Shown here: positions 8,549 to 18,109 of the stretch, piece by piece
How the letters are laid out: the number at the start of each line of letters is the position of its first letter
Numbering within the stretch: the first letter of the stretch is position 1
From: Altererythrobacter sp.
Lineage (GTDB): Bacteria > Pseudomonadota > Alphaproteobacteria > Sphingomonadales > Sphingomonadaceae
Assembly (NCBI GenBank): GCA_029265155.1
Contig: JAJUJV010000001.1
Location: 1-52,861, forward strand
Length of the DNA stretch: 52,861 nt
Direction: 5' to 3'
Notes under the pieces: generated by a model
The model's input: the letters and a program-made list of their open reading frames with translations, nothing else
Told to the model about the DNA's origin: nothing
Databases searched by the model: none
Made by a program: the position numbers and the translations under genes

Positions 8549-8923
8549 ATGAGCGAGCACCGCGACCCGGCCATTCGTGTCGTCGCCATGCCGGCCGACG
8601 CCAATGCCTACGGCGACATCTTCGGCGGCTGGCTGCTCAGCCTGATGGACAACGCTGCGGGGCTCACGGCTGCGCGCCGCGCGAAGGGAAGGGCGGTCAC
8701 AGTGGCGATGGACGGCATGGTGTTCCACCAGCCCGTCAAAGTCGGCGACGAAGTCTCGGTCTATACGGACATCGAACGCGTCGGCCGCACCAGCATGGTG
8801 ATCGAGGTCGAAGCCTGGCGCCGCGAGCGGCACTGCGAGGATTCCACCAAGGTGACCGAGGCCAAGTTCACTTTCGTCGCGATCGACGAACAAGGGCGAC
8901 CGCGAGCGGTAGAGCCGGAATGA
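8549..8923 (+). CDS. Acyl-CoA thioesterase (YciA-like hotdog fold)
   Basis: AMPADANAYGDIFGGWLLSLMD, VGRTSM and FTFVAID motifs. Confidence 0.92.
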   Translation: MSEHRDPAIRVVAMPADANAYGDIFGGWLLSLMDNAAGLTAARRAKGRAVTVAMDGMVFHQPVKVGDEVSVYTDIERVGRTSMVIEVEAWRRERHCEDSTKVTEAKFTFVAIDEQGRPRAVEPE

Positions 8924-8942
8924 ACCGAACGGGCCCAATCCT

Positions 8943-8968
8943 CGTTCGTCCTGAGCCTGTCGAAGGAC
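8943..8968 (+). repeat. Sphingomonad REP-like element CGTTCGTCCTGAGCCTGTCGAAGGAC
   Basis: Resembles the dispersed intergenic repeat of sphingomonads (reverse strand reads VLRQAQDER); recognised from recall. Confidence 0.7.
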
Positions 8969-9031
8969 GCCGGCGGCAGAGCCGCGAGGGATCGGCCCGC
9001 GCAACACGAACCGAATTAGACGGAGAATTCA

Positions 9032-10441
9032 GTGGCTGAGCAATACGACGTTATCGTCCTCGGATCGGGCCCCGGAGGCTATGTTGCGGCGATCCGCGCC
9101 GCGCAGCTCGGGCTCAAGACCGCGATCGTCGAACGCGAACTGCTTGGCGGCATCTGCCTCAACTGGGGCTGCATCCCGACCAAGGCGCTGCTGCGTTCGG
9201 CCGAGATCTTCCACTACATGCAGCACGCCAAGGATTATGGCCTCGTTGCCAAGGAGATAGAGGCCGATCTTGAAGCGGTGGTGAAGCGCAGCCGTGGCGT
9301 TGCCAAGCAGCTCAACCAGGGCGTCACGCACCTGATGAAAAAGAACAAGATCGCGGTGCATATGGGCGAAGGGCGCGTGACCGCGCCAGGCAAGCTCGAA
9401 GTGAAGGGCGACAAGGGCAGCGAGACGCTCACCGCCAAGCACATCATCGTCGCGACCGGAGCGCGAGCCCGCGATCTTCCGTTCGCGCCGGCCGACGGCA
9501 AGCGCGTCTGGACCTATCGCCATGCGATGACTCCGCCGGAGATGCCGACCAAGCTTCTGGTCATCGGCTCGGGCGCGATCGGCATTGAATTCGCCAGCTT
9601 CTACAACGACATGGGGGCCGACGTTACCGTGGTCGAGATGCTCGACCGGATCGTTCCGGTCGAGGACGCGGACGTCTCCGCGTTCCTCGAAAAGTCGCTG
9701 GCCAAGCAGGGCATGACGATCAAGACCGGCGCTGCGCTGGAGGAGCTCAAGGTTTCGGACAAGGGCGTCTCGGCGAAGATCAAGGGCAAGGATGGCAAGC
9801 TCGAAAGCTCCGAGTTCAGCCACGTTATCGTCGCCATCGGCATCGTCCCCAACACCGAAAACATCGGCCTCGACAAGCTGGTCGAGATGGACCGCGGCTT
9901 CATCCAGATCGATCCTTACGGACGCACCAAGACCAAGGGCCTCTGGGCGATCGGCGATTGCGTGCCCGGCCCCTGGCTGGCGCACAAGGCAAGCCACGAG
10001 GGTGTGACCGCCGCCGAAGCGATCGCCAAGGAACTCGGCAACAAGGATGTCCATCCGCATCCGCTCGACCGCAACGCGATCCCCGGCTGCACGTATTGTC
10101 GGCCGCAGATCGCCAGCGTTGGCCTCACCGAAGCCAAGGCCAAGGAAGCCGGCTACGAGGTCAAGGCGGGCACCTTCCCGTTCATCGGCAACGGCAAGGC
10201 CATTGCGCTCGGCGAAGCAGAGGGCTTCGTGAAGACGGTGTTCAATGCCAAGACCGGCGAACTGCTCGGCGCGCACATGGTTGGCGCAGAAGTCACCGAG
10301 ATGATCCAGGGTTACACCATCGGCAAAGTGCTGGAAACGACCGAAGCCGAACTGATGCAGACGGTCTTCCCGCACCCGACGATCTCGGAATCGATGCACG
10401 AAAGCGTGCTCGCCGCCTACGGCCGCGCGCTGCACATCTGA
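9032..10441 (+). CDS. lpdA: Dihydrolipoamide dehydrogenase
   Basis: GSGPGGY, GGICLNWGCIPTK redox disulfide, HPTISE. Confidence 0.97.
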   Translation: MAEQYDVIVLGSGPGGYVAAIRAAQLGLKTAIVERELLGGICLNWGCIPTKALLRSAEIFHYMQHAKDYGLVAKEIEADLEAVVKRSRGVAKQLNQGVTHLMKKNKIAVHMGEGRVTAPGKLEVKGDKGSETLTAKHIIVATGARARDLPFAPADGKRVWTYRHAMTPPEMPTKLLVIGSGAIGIEFASFYNDMGADVTVVEMLDRIVPVEDADVSAFLEKSLAKQGMTIKTGAALEELKVSDKGVSAKIKGKDGKLESSEFSHVIVAIGIVPNTENIGLDKLVEMDRGFIQIDPYGRTKTKGLWAIGDCVPGPWLAHKASHEGVTAAEAIAKELGNKDVHPHPLDRNAIPGCTYCRPQIASVGLTEAKAKEAGYEVKAGTFPFIGNGKAIALGEAEGFVKTVFNAKTGELLGAHMVGAEVTEMIQGYTIGKVLETTEAELMQTVFPHPTISESMHESVLAAYGRALHI

Positions 10442-10480
10442 GCTGCGCTAAACCGTTCGTCGCATTGTCTTTTTGCCGCC

Positions 10481-10505
10481 GGAACGGGAGTCCCTTGGGC
10501 TCGTT
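10481..10505 (+). promoter_or_regulatory. EcfG (sigma-T) general-stress promoter GGAAC-N16-CGTT
   Basis: GGAAC 10481-10485, 16-bp spacer, CGTT 10502-10505; followed by GAGGAG RBS and ATG. Confidence 0.75.
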
Positions 10506-10526
10506 TCGGAGGCGAGGAGCGATGCC

Positions 10527-10685
10527 ATGGAATACGAGCTGGCCAACGAAGGTGAGGACGCGTTGTTCTGCGAAAGCACCAATCCGAGCCTCAAGCAGCG
10601 GACGGTGTTCAACCAGCTGAGCGCCAAACCAGATAAGCTTCAGAAGGCCGAGTGCCTCCCCGACGAGGATGACCAGCTCGCGTAA
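10527..10685 (+). CDS. Small acidic hypothetical protein (52 aa)
   Basis: GAGGAG at 10514-10519, ATG 10527; fills the gap between lpdA and convergent phoB. Confidence 0.6.
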   Translation: MEYELANEGEDALFCESTNPSLKQRTVFNQLSAKPDKLQKAECLPDEDDQLA

Positions 10686-10691
10686 ACCGCC

Positions 10692-11390
10692 TCAGCGGCT
10701 ATCCGCCGGCTCCAGAGCGTAGCCGGCCGATCGAACGGTGCGGATCGGGTCCTCCGCGTCAGCCACGGTAATGGCTTGGCGCAGCCGCCGGATGTGCACA
10801 TCCACCGTCCGCTCACCGATATCGCTATCGTTGCCCCATACCGCGTCGAGCAGCTGTCCGCGCGTGAACACACGTCGCGGATGCTCCATAAAGAACCGCA
10901 ACAACCGATACTCGGTAGGTCCGAGGCGGAGCTGCTGGCCGCTCCGCTCCACCCGGTGGGCGACCGGATCGAGCACCAGATCGCCGACCTCCAGCCTTTC
11001 GCCTGCCAGCGCTGGCCTCATACGCCGCAGCACGGCGGCTACTCTGGCGAGCAACTCGCGCGGCGAGAACGGTTTGGTCAGGTAATCATCGGCGCCGGTA
11101 TCGAGTCCGCGTACGCGGTCATCCTCTGCCTCGCGCGCCGTCAGCATGATGATCGGCACATGCGCTGTGGCCTTATCACGCCGCAATCGACGGCACACTT
11201 CAATCCCGCTCGTGCCTTCAATCATCCAGTCGAGGATGACGAGATCCGGCACGTCCTCGCTGGCTAGTGTCAGCGCTTCATCGCCGTCACGTGTAGCCCG
11301 AACCTCATACCCTTCGTTCTCGAAGCGGTACTCGAGCAATTCGGCGAGCGCGGCGTCGTCTTCGACCAGGAGCAGCTTGGGTTTCGACAC
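10692..11390 (-). CDS. phoB: Phosphate regulon response regulator PhoB
   Basis: LLVEDD, ILDWM, GADDYLTKPFS, RTVDVHIRRLR; GTG start at 11390; follows phoU. Confidence 0.95.
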   Translation of the reverse strand: MSKPKLLLVEDDAALAELLEYRFENEGYEVRATRDGDEALTLASEDVPDLVILDWMIEGTSGIEVCRRLRRDKATAHVPIIMLTAREAEDDRVRGLDTGADDYLTKPFSPRELLARVAAVLRRMRPALAGERLEVGDLVLDPVAHRVERSGQQLRLGPTEYRLLRFFMEHPRRVFTRGQLLDAVWGNDSDIGERTVDVHIRRLRQAITVADAEDPIRTVRSAGYALEPADSR

Positions 11391-11415
11391 AATGGCTGGT
11401 CTACAGCACCCTGAT

Positions 11416-11433
11416 GTTACACCCGTGTGACAA
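11416..11433 (-). promoter_or_regulatory. Pho box upstream of phoB
   Basis: Minus strand TTGTCAC-acgg-GTGTAAC, an 11-bp-period repeat resembling CTGTCAT. Confidence 0.7.
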
Positions 11434-11445
11434 TCCGGTGGGCGT

Positions 11446-12108
11446 TCACTTGTCAGGCGGTAGCGTGCCCAGTGCGGCGAAATGGACCATTTCGGCGACA
11501 TTGGTCGCATGGTCGCCAATGCGTTCGATGTTTCGCGCAACAAACAGAAGCTGGGCAGCGCTGCTGATCGTTGAGGGGTTCTCGACCATGTGGCTGACGA
11601 GATTGCGGAAGATGCTGTCGTAGAACGCATCGACTTTCTCGTCGCGATCAATGACCTCGCGCGCCAGGACCGGATCGCGCGCGGCGAAGGCCGTCAGCAC
11701 GTCATGCACCATCCCGGCCGCGACTTCGGCCATAGCCGGGATCAGTGTCAGCGGTTCAAAGCGCTTACGATCCTCGATCTGTCCGACGCGACGGGCGATG
11801 TTCTTGGCGTAGTCGCCGATCCGCTCCACAACGCCGCCGATCTTCAGCGCAGCGATCACTTCGCGCAGGTCGTTCGCCATCGGTGCGCGCAGCGCGATTA
11901 TCCGCACTGCCATCGTGTCAATCTCGGCTTCGAGCGCGTCGAGCTTCTTGTCCCGCTCGACCACAGTGCGCGCCAGTTCCGTATCGCCGGTGACGAGCGC
12001 GCGGATCGATTCTTCGATCGACACTTCGGCGAGCCCGCCCAGTTCGGCAATCAGGCCGCGCAGCCGGGTGATGTCGTCGTCGAAGGCCTTGACGGTATGT
12101 TCGGCCAT
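11446..12108 (-). CDS. phoU: Phosphate signalling protein PhoU
   Basis: HTVKAFD, PMANDLR, ERIGDYAKNIA, ERIGDHATN. Confidence 0.96.
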   Translation of the reverse strand: MAEHTVKAFDDDITRLRGLIAELGGLAEVSIEESIRALVTGDTELARTVVERDKKLDALEAEIDTMAVRIIALRAPMANDLREVIAALKIGGVVERIGDYAKNIARRVGQIEDRKRFEPLTLIPAMAEVAAGMVHDVLTAFAARDPVLAREVIDRDEKVDAFYDSIFRNLVSHMVENPSTISSAAQLLFVARNIERIGDHATNVAEMVHFAALGTLPPDK

Positions 12109-12890
12109 CAGCCGTACCTCCCGGTGATGTAATCCTTGGTTCGCTCTTCGCGGGGATTGGTGAAGATCTCGGAGGTGTCGCCGTATTCCACCATCTTGCC
12201 GAGGTGGAAGAATGCAGTGCGCTGCGACACACGCGCTGCCTGCTGCATCGAGTGGGTGACGATGACGATCGCGTAGCGGCCCCGCAACTCATCGATCAGC
12301 TCTTCGATACGGGCTGTGGCGATCGGGTCGAGGGCCGAGCAGGGCTCGTCCATCAGAATTACTTCCGGTTGCACGGCAATGGCGCGGGCGATGCACAGGC
12401 GCTGCTGCTGGCCGCCCGAGAGGGCTGTGCCCGAATCGTTCAGTCGGTCCTTGACCTCGTCCCACAAACCGGCGCGGCGGAGCGACTTCTCGACGATGGC
12501 GTCGAGTTCGGCACGTCCCTCAGCAAAGCCATGGATCCGCGGGCCGTACGCGATGTTTTCATAGATCGACTTCGGGAACGGGTTGGGCTTTTGGAACACC
12601 ATGCCTACCCGGGCGCGCAGCTGCACCACGTCCATCTTCGAGCGGTAGATATCGTCGCCGTCGAGTTCGATGGATCCTTCAACACGAGCCGAAGGAATGG
12701 TGTCGTTCATCCGATTGAGCGCCCGCAGAAACGTGGACTTGCCGCAGCCGGATGGGCCGATGAACGCAGTGACGTACTCGCTCGGAATGTCGATCGAGAC
12801 CGAGTCCACAGCCTTCTTGTCACCGTAGAACACGGAGACGTCGCGGGTCCGCATCTTGGCCTGGGTATCGGAGAGTGTTTCGGTCACCAT
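12108..12890 (-). CDS. pstB: Phosphate ABC transporter ATPase PstB
   Basis: [35 protein letters not shown]; ATG 12890. Confidence 0.96.
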   Translation of the reverse strand: MVTETLSDTQAKMRTRDVSVFYGDKKAVDSVSIDIPSEYVTAFIGPSGCGKSTFLRALNRMNDTIPSARVEGSIELDGDDIYRSKMDVVQLRARVGMVFQKPNPFPKSIYENIAYGPRIHGFAEGRAELDAIVEKSLRRAGLWDEVKDRLNDSGTALSGGQQQRLCIARAIAVQPEVILMDEPCSALDPIATARIEELIDELRGRYAIVIVTHSMQQAARVSQRTAFFHLGKMVEYGDTSEIFTNPREERTKDYITGRYG

Positions 12891-14134
12891 TTCTTCTCGA
12901 AGCGATTGCGAAGGTAGATTGCCAGCCCGTTCATAACCAGCAGGAACAGCAGCAGCACGATGATCGCGGCGCTGGTCCGTTCCACGAACCCCCGGTCTAT
13001 CTCGTCGGACCAAAGAAAGATCTGGACCGGCAGGACCGTCGCGGGGTCGGTGAAGCCATCGGGTGGAGTGGCGACGAAGGCACGCATGCCGATCATCAGC
13101 AGCGGTGCTGTCTCGCCGAGCGCACGGGCCATGCCGATGATCGTGCCGGTGAGGATGCCGGGCAGCGCTAACGGGAGGACGTGATGGAACACGACCTGCA
13201 CGGGCGAGGCCCCTAGTGCCATCGCTCCGTCACGGATCGAAGGCGGTACGGCCTTGATCGCGTTTCGCCCGGAAATGACGATAACCGGCATCGTCATCAG
13301 CGCCAGTGTCATGCCGCCGATCAGCGGTGCCGAACGCATGTGCGGGAAGATCGCCAGGAACACTGCGAGACCCAGCAAACCGAAGATGATCGACGGCACG
13401 GCGGCGAGGTTGTTGATCGACACTTCGATCAACTCGGTCCACCGGTTCCGCGGCGCATACTCCTCGAGGTACAGCGCGGCGAGCACGCCGATCGGGAAGG
13501 CGAGGGCGAGGGTGACGACCATGGTCAGCATCGAGCCCTTGAGCGCAGCCCAAATGCCGACCTGTTGCGCGTCGGTTGCATCCGAGCGGGTCAAGAAGCC
13601 GGAATCAAAGCTCTTTGTCAGCTTGCCTTCTGCAGCCAGCGATCGAGCCAGAGGCTGGAGATCCGCCTGCCCGTCGCCCGAGTACGCTGCCGCCATCCGG
13701 TTGGTGACGGGCAGGTTGAACGTCCTGGTGCCGCTGAGCACCGCCGGATCATCGACGGCGGCCTCAGCCACCAGGCGCCACGCGTCCGGGTTGACATAGG
13801 TCGCTGCTTCCTCGCCCAGCTCGCGCTGTGCGCTATACTCAACCAGATCCGGGAGGCCCTGGTCTTGCAGCGAGCGGACGATCGCCCCTGTTTGCGTCAT
13901 CCCTTCCGGAACAGCGAGGCTGACATTGCCGAAATTAACAGGAACCTTGACCGTGACCCGCTGGAAGCCGCCGATGCCGTTGATGGTCATCGTCACGAGC
14001 AGGATCGCGAGCACGGCCACGGAGAACACCACCGCAGTAAAGCCGGCTGCCTTGAAGCGGCGCTCGGCCGCGTAGCGCTTCTTCATCCGCGCCTCGAAGG
14101 CGGCTGTGCGGGTAGGGGAGACGGCCTCACTCAT
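12884..14134 (-). CDS. pstA: Phosphate ABC transporter permease PstA
   Basis: [32 protein letters not shown]; ATG 14134 overlaps the end of pstC. Confidence 0.95.
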   Translation of the reverse strand: MSEAVSPTRTAAFEARMKKRYAAERRFKAAGFTAVVFSVAVLAILLVTMTINGIGGFQRVTVKVPVNFGNVSLAVPEGMTQTGAIVRSLQDQGLPDLVEYSAQRELGEEAATYVNPDAWRLVAEAAVDDPAVLSGTRTFNLPVTNRMAAAYSGDGQADLQPLARSLAAEGKLTKSFDSGFLTRSDATDAQQVGIWAALKGSMLTMVVTLALAFPIGVLAALYLEEYAPRNRWTELIEVSINNLAAVPSIIFGLLGLAVFLAIFPHMRSAPLIGGMTLALMTMPVIVISGRNAIKAVPPSIRDGAMALGASPVQVVFHHVLPLALPGILTGTIIGMARALGETAPLLMIGMRAFVATPPDGFTDPATVLPVQIFLWSDEIDRGFVERTSAAIIVLLLFLLVMNGLAIYLRNRFEKKW

Positions 14135-15512
14135 AGGCTTCGCGGAACCTTTTAACGACGCGCAGCGCGATGAAATTGAGCGCCAGCGTGACAAGGAAAA
14201 GCACGAAGCCGAGCGCAAAGGCGCTCAATGTCGCCGGATGATCGAAGCTGCCTTCGCCGGTTAGCATCGCCACGATCTGGAACGTGACGGTCGTCATTGC
14301 CTCCAGCGGATTGGCTGTAAGGTTCGCGGCTGCGCCGGCCGCCATCACGACGATCATCGTCTCTCCGATCGCTCGGCTGATTGCCAGCATCACGCCGGCA
14401 ACGATGCCGGGCAGTGCAGCGGGTATCAGAACGCGGCGGATCGTCTCGCTGGTGGTCGCGCCCATTGCCAGGCTCCCGTCGCGCATCGCCTGCGGCACCG
14501 CGGCGATGGAGTCGTCTGCCATCGACGACACGAACGGGATGATCATCACCCCCATGACCAGGCCGGCGGCCAAAGCGCTTTCACTCGACGCATTCGTGAC
14601 ACCGACTGAGAGAGCTAGGTCGCGCACGAGCGGAGCGACGGTCAGGGCGGCGAAATAGCCGTAAACGACGGTCGGGACGCCGGCGAGGATCTCCAGCGTC
14701 GGCTTCAGCCACTTGCGCCAGCGGGGCGATGCATACTGGGTCAGATAAATCGCACTCATTAGTCCGAGCGGAATGGCGACGATCATCGCGATGATCGCGC
14801 CGATGTAGATCGTGCCCCAAAACAATGGCAGGGCCCCGTAACGCGACGGATCGGGATTATCGGCACTGCTCATCGGGTCCGGCCCCCAATGGGTGCCGAA
14901 CAGGAAGTCGATCGGGTTGATCATCCCGAAGAAGCGCACGGTTTCGAAAACCAAGCTGGCAAAGATGCCGAGCGTGGTCAGGATAGCGACGAGCGAGGCC
15001 AACAAAAGCCCAAACATCACGCCGCGTTCGACCCGCGTTCGTGCGGTAAAGTCCGGTTTGAGGCGAAGAAACGCGAAAGCTCCCGCAGCGAACGCGATCA
15101 GGAGGGTTACGACCAAGCCAATGGCATTGAAGCGAGTGATCGCCTCCCGGAACGGCGCAATGAGCCCTTCGGCCGCTGGATTGAACACCGCAGGAGCAGC
15201 TCCCGTTGCCACCGCCCGCGCTTCCGCCAGCATGGTATCGCGCTGCATGCCGAATGGCGGCAGCGATGCGGCGGCAGGATCGGCCAGAACCGACTGCACG
15301 ATCAATTGCGGGGCAACGAGGTTCCAGACCAGCGCGAAAAGCGCGGCCGGCACAACGACCCACAAAGCCACGTACCAGCCGTGATAGGAAGGTAACGCGG
15401 CAAGCCGTCTCTCCGGCTGAGCTCGCCGGAAGCTCCACGCACGGGCCCGTGCCGCCAGCCAGCCTATCAAACCCAGGCCAAGCGCCAGGAGTAGCAGAAG
15501 GGCAGGCGACAT
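14127..15512 (-). CDS. pstC: Phosphate ABC transporter permease PstC
   Basis: KPTLEILAGVPTVVYGYF, SRAIGETMIV, FREAYE C-terminus. Confidence 0.95.
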   Translation of the reverse strand: MSPALLLLLALGLGLIGWLAARARAWSFRRAQPERRLAALPSYHGWYVALWVVVPAALFALVWNLVAPQLIVQSVLADPAAASLPPFGMQRDTMLAEARAVATGAAPAVFNPAAEGLIAPFREAITRFNAIGLVVTLLIAFAAGAFAFLRLKPDFTARTRVERGVMFGLLLASLVAILTTLGIFASLVFETVRFFGMINPIDFLFGTHWGPDPMSSADNPDPSRYGALPLFWGTIYIGAIIAMIVAIPLGLMSAIYLTQYASPRWRKWLKPTLEILAGVPTVVYGYFAALTVAPLVRDLALSVGVTNASSESALAAGLVMGVMIIPFVSSMADDSIAAVPQAMRDGSLAMGATTSETIRRVLIPAALPGIVAGVMLAISRAIGETMIVVMAAGAAANLTANPLEAMTTVTFQIVAMLTGEGSFDHPATLSAFALGFVLFLVTLALNFIALRVVKRFREAYE

Positions 15513-15528
15513 CGGGCGAAGCGGGCCT

Positions 15529-16566
15529 TTACTCGAAGTCGGACGCGGTCAGCGCCGGGAACTCTGTCGCAGCTGCTTGCATACGCGCGGCAACATCGTC
15601 TGGATTGGCCACCAGTCCAATACGAGTCAACGGACCTTCACGTCCCCACATCTGAGCCCATTCGCTAATGAACCCGCGCAGCCCGCGAATGGCATCGAGG
15701 TGGGCGTTCTTGACGTAGATGAACAGAGGCCGGGCGCCCGGATATCGGAACTGGGCGATGTTCTCGTATGTCGGCTCGATACCGTTCATGCGCAGCCCCT
15801 GCACTTTGTCGAGGTTTTCCTCAAGGTACGAGTAGCCGAACACGCCAATAGCATCGGCGTTGCCCTGGATCTTCTGGACGATCAGATTGTCCTGTTCGCC
15901 TTGGTCGACATAGGCGCCGTCGGAGCGCACCTCGGTGCAGATCTGTTCCTGCCGGTCCTCGTCGCTTTCCTTCAGCGCCTGCATTTCAGCACGGGTCTCG
16001 CAGCCTGGGATCAGCACGAGCTCCTTGAGCGCGTCGCGCGTTCCTGATGTGGAAGGGGGACCGTAAACCAAGATCGGTTTCCCCGGCAGCGACGGATCGA
16101 CGTCACGCCAAGTCTTAGCCGTCTGCTCTTGGCCGAACGGCCGGGCTGCGAGTGCCCGGTAGACGATTTCGGGTGTGAGGTTCATGTCTATGCCGCCGCG
16201 CGATGCGGCGAAAGCGATGCCGTCTAGCCCAACTTGGAGCTCGGTCACTTCGGTGACGCCATTCGCCTGGCATTTCTCGAACTCGCTCACCTTCATCCGC
16301 CGCGAAGCGTTGACGATGTCGGGCGTGTTGGCCCCAACGCCTTGGCAAAACAGCTCGATGCCTCCGCCGCTGCCCGTGGATTCGATGATCGGCGAGCCCA
16401 GCTCGGGGTTCGAGCGGGCGAAGCTCTCAGCCACCAGCTTTGCAAACGGATAGACCGTCGACGAACCGACCGCGCGAACCGAACTGCGGGTGGCGTCAGT
16501 ACCGCCGCATCCGGCCAGCGCCACGGCAACTACGGCAACGAGCGAGAACCGAAGCTTCTTGTTCAT
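15529..16566 (-). CDS. pstS: Phosphate ABC transporter substrate-binding lipoprotein PstS
   Basis: Lipobox LAGC, VGSSTVYP, ESTGSGGG, GPPSTSGTR. Confidence 0.93.
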   Translation of the reverse strand: MNKKLRFSLVAVVAVALAGCGGTDATRSSVRAVGSSTVYPFAKLVAESFARSNPELGSPIIESTGSGGGIELFCQGVGANTPDIVNASRRMKVSEFEKCQANGVTEVTELQVGLDGIAFAASRGGIDMNLTPEIVYRALAARPFGQEQTAKTWRDVDPSLPGKPILVYGPPSTSGTRDALKELVLIPGCETRAEMQALKESDEDRQEQICTEVRSDGAYVDQGEQDNLIVQKIQGNADAIGVFGYSYLEENLDKVQGLRMNGIEPTYENIAQFRYPGARPLFIYVKNAHLDAIRGLRGFISEWAQMWGREGPLTRIGLVANPDDVAARMQAAATEFPALTASDFE

Positions 16567-16605
16567 GGAAATGCTCCTTCGTTGCGGCGCAGCTAGGCAG
16601 CGCGT

Positions 16606-16634
16606 GTTACGGTTTGATGACGGGATCGTGACAT
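16606..16634 (-). promoter_or_regulatory. Three Pho half-sites upstream of pstS
   Basis: Minus strand ATGTCAC-gatc-CCGTCAT-caaa-CCGTAAC at an exact 11-bp period. Confidence 0.75.
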
Positions 16635-16644
16635 CGCTCGAAGG

Positions 16645-18003
16645 TCAGAAGTCGACTTGCGCCCGTACCGCGACGGCGTCCACTTCGTAGCCACTGTCAG
16701 TTCCGGCAAGAACCGCGGCATCGTCTATCCACAGGTGGCCGTAATTCACCAGGAAGCGCAGGTAATCGGTCGGCACCCAAACGGCCGAGAAGCCCAGTGT
16801 TTGCTGTCGGCCGCCGGCAATGCCTTCGTCGCTCAAATCCAACGTGTCGTAGCGTGCGTTAACCTGAATGGCGCCGATTCCTCCTGCAGTGACCGGGTTT
16901 ACCGGCCTGATGCGATCGAACGCACCGTTGCGATAACCCGGCCGGTCTCCTGGGGTAAGAAGCATGCCGACTTCGGCATAGCCGCCGCGGAATGTTGGAT
17001 CGGGAAGCCCCGGTCGGCGAGCCGTCATTTGGTGCCCTTCAACAACGGCGTGGAACGGACCATGCAGGTAAGCGAGCTCGAGTCCGAAATTGCGCTCGCC
17101 GCTGGCTGAAAATTCACCGGTATCGATCAGCCGCACATCCGTGGTGTGGGAGAAGGGCCGGGCGCGATAACGGACGGTACTCGCTGCGTCATTCAAATCG
17201 CGCAAGTGCGCCGATCCGCCGATGTGGAGCTGACCATCGCCTAGCTTCGGATTGAAGACCACCCGTCCGTCGATGCTGTAGCTGTTGTTGCTGTCATCGA
17301 GCGAGTCGATGTCGTCGGTGAAGATTCCGAACTGCACCTGCACAGCCTCTTTGGCATAAGTGCCGCTGATACCGACGCGCCGTTCGAAGCCGAACGCAGA
17401 GTTGAACGCGGCGCGTTCGAGCATTGTGGTAAATAGGTCGCTCGTCATCTCCTCAAGGCCCCAAAACGGCTTTTGATGGCCGAGGGTTAGCGTCAGGTGC
17501 TCCGACGCATCGTACGTCAAGTACACGTCGGTGAGATCGACTCCATCGGCGAAGTCGGCTTCGATGCGATAACCAAAGTTGCCCGGGATGGTCCCGTCAA
17601 CACCCAGATAAGCGCGGCGGAGCTCAGTGGTGAAGCCGAAGCCGTCACTGGCGATACTGGCGGGCGCATCGACGACTCCGGAGTCTATCTGAATGCGGCC
17701 ACGGGGCTTGAACGACCATCCGCCCGCGGCCTCAACTTCGGGCGCCCCCTTCCATGTGACGGAGGTGTCCGCCCCTGCCGTGACCGTCATGGACCCCTCG
17801 CTGCCGCTACCGCTTACGAGGTCTCCGGCCTCAGCCCGTTCGCGAGCTTCGAGTTCCTCGACTTGCGCGGCCAGACGGCCGATCTCAGCCTGCATCGCGG
17901 CAAGCTGCTGACGCAATGCCGTAAGGTCATCTGTTTGCGCAACGCCGGGCGAGGGCACCACGACCGCACAGCTGGCGAGCAGAGGGACGAGGAGGGGGCG
18001 CAC
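16645..18003 (-). CDS. Phosphate-selective porin, OprO/OprP family
   Basis: Signal peptide, coiled segment, KPRGRIQID, RRAYLG, RYRARP, C-terminal RAQVDF; GTG 18003 after AGAAAGG. Confidence 0.9.
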   Translation of the reverse strand: MRPLLVPLLASCAVVVPSPGVAQTDDLTALRQQLAAMQAEIGRLAAQVEELEARERAEAGDLVSGSGSEGSMTVTAGADTSVTWKGAPEVEAAGGWSFKPRGRIQIDSGVVDAPASIASDGFGFTTELRRAYLGVDGTIPGNFGYRIEADFADGVDLTDVYLTYDASEHLTLTLGHQKPFWGLEEMTSDLFTTMLERAAFNSAFGFERRVGISGTYAKEAVQVQFGIFTDDIDSLDDSNNSYSIDGRVVFNPKLGDGQLHIGGSAHLRDLNDAASTVRYRARPFSHTTDVRLIDTGEFSASGERNFGLELAYLHGPFHAVVEGHQMTARRPGLPDPTFRGGYAEVGMLLTPGDRPGYRNGAFDRIRPVNPVTAGGIGAIQVNARYDTLDLSDEGIAGGRQQTLGFSAVWVPTDYLRFLVNYGHLWIDDAAVLAGTDSGYEVDAVAVRAQVDF

Positions 18004-18051
18004 GATCGTGACCTTTCTGGTGGAGCGGCCGAGCCGCGCTATGTCGCTTCT

Positions 18052-18087
18052 GTTACATGCGTGTGACAGGTTACACCTGTGTGACAC
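18052..18087 (-). promoter_or_regulatory. Two abutting 18-bp Pho boxes upstream of the porin
   Basis: Minus strand GTGTCAC-acag-GTGTAAC followed directly by CTGTCAC-acgc-ATGTAAC. Confidence 0.75.
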
Positions 18088-18109
18088 ACAAGGTTCCGTG
18101 GGCGGGATG

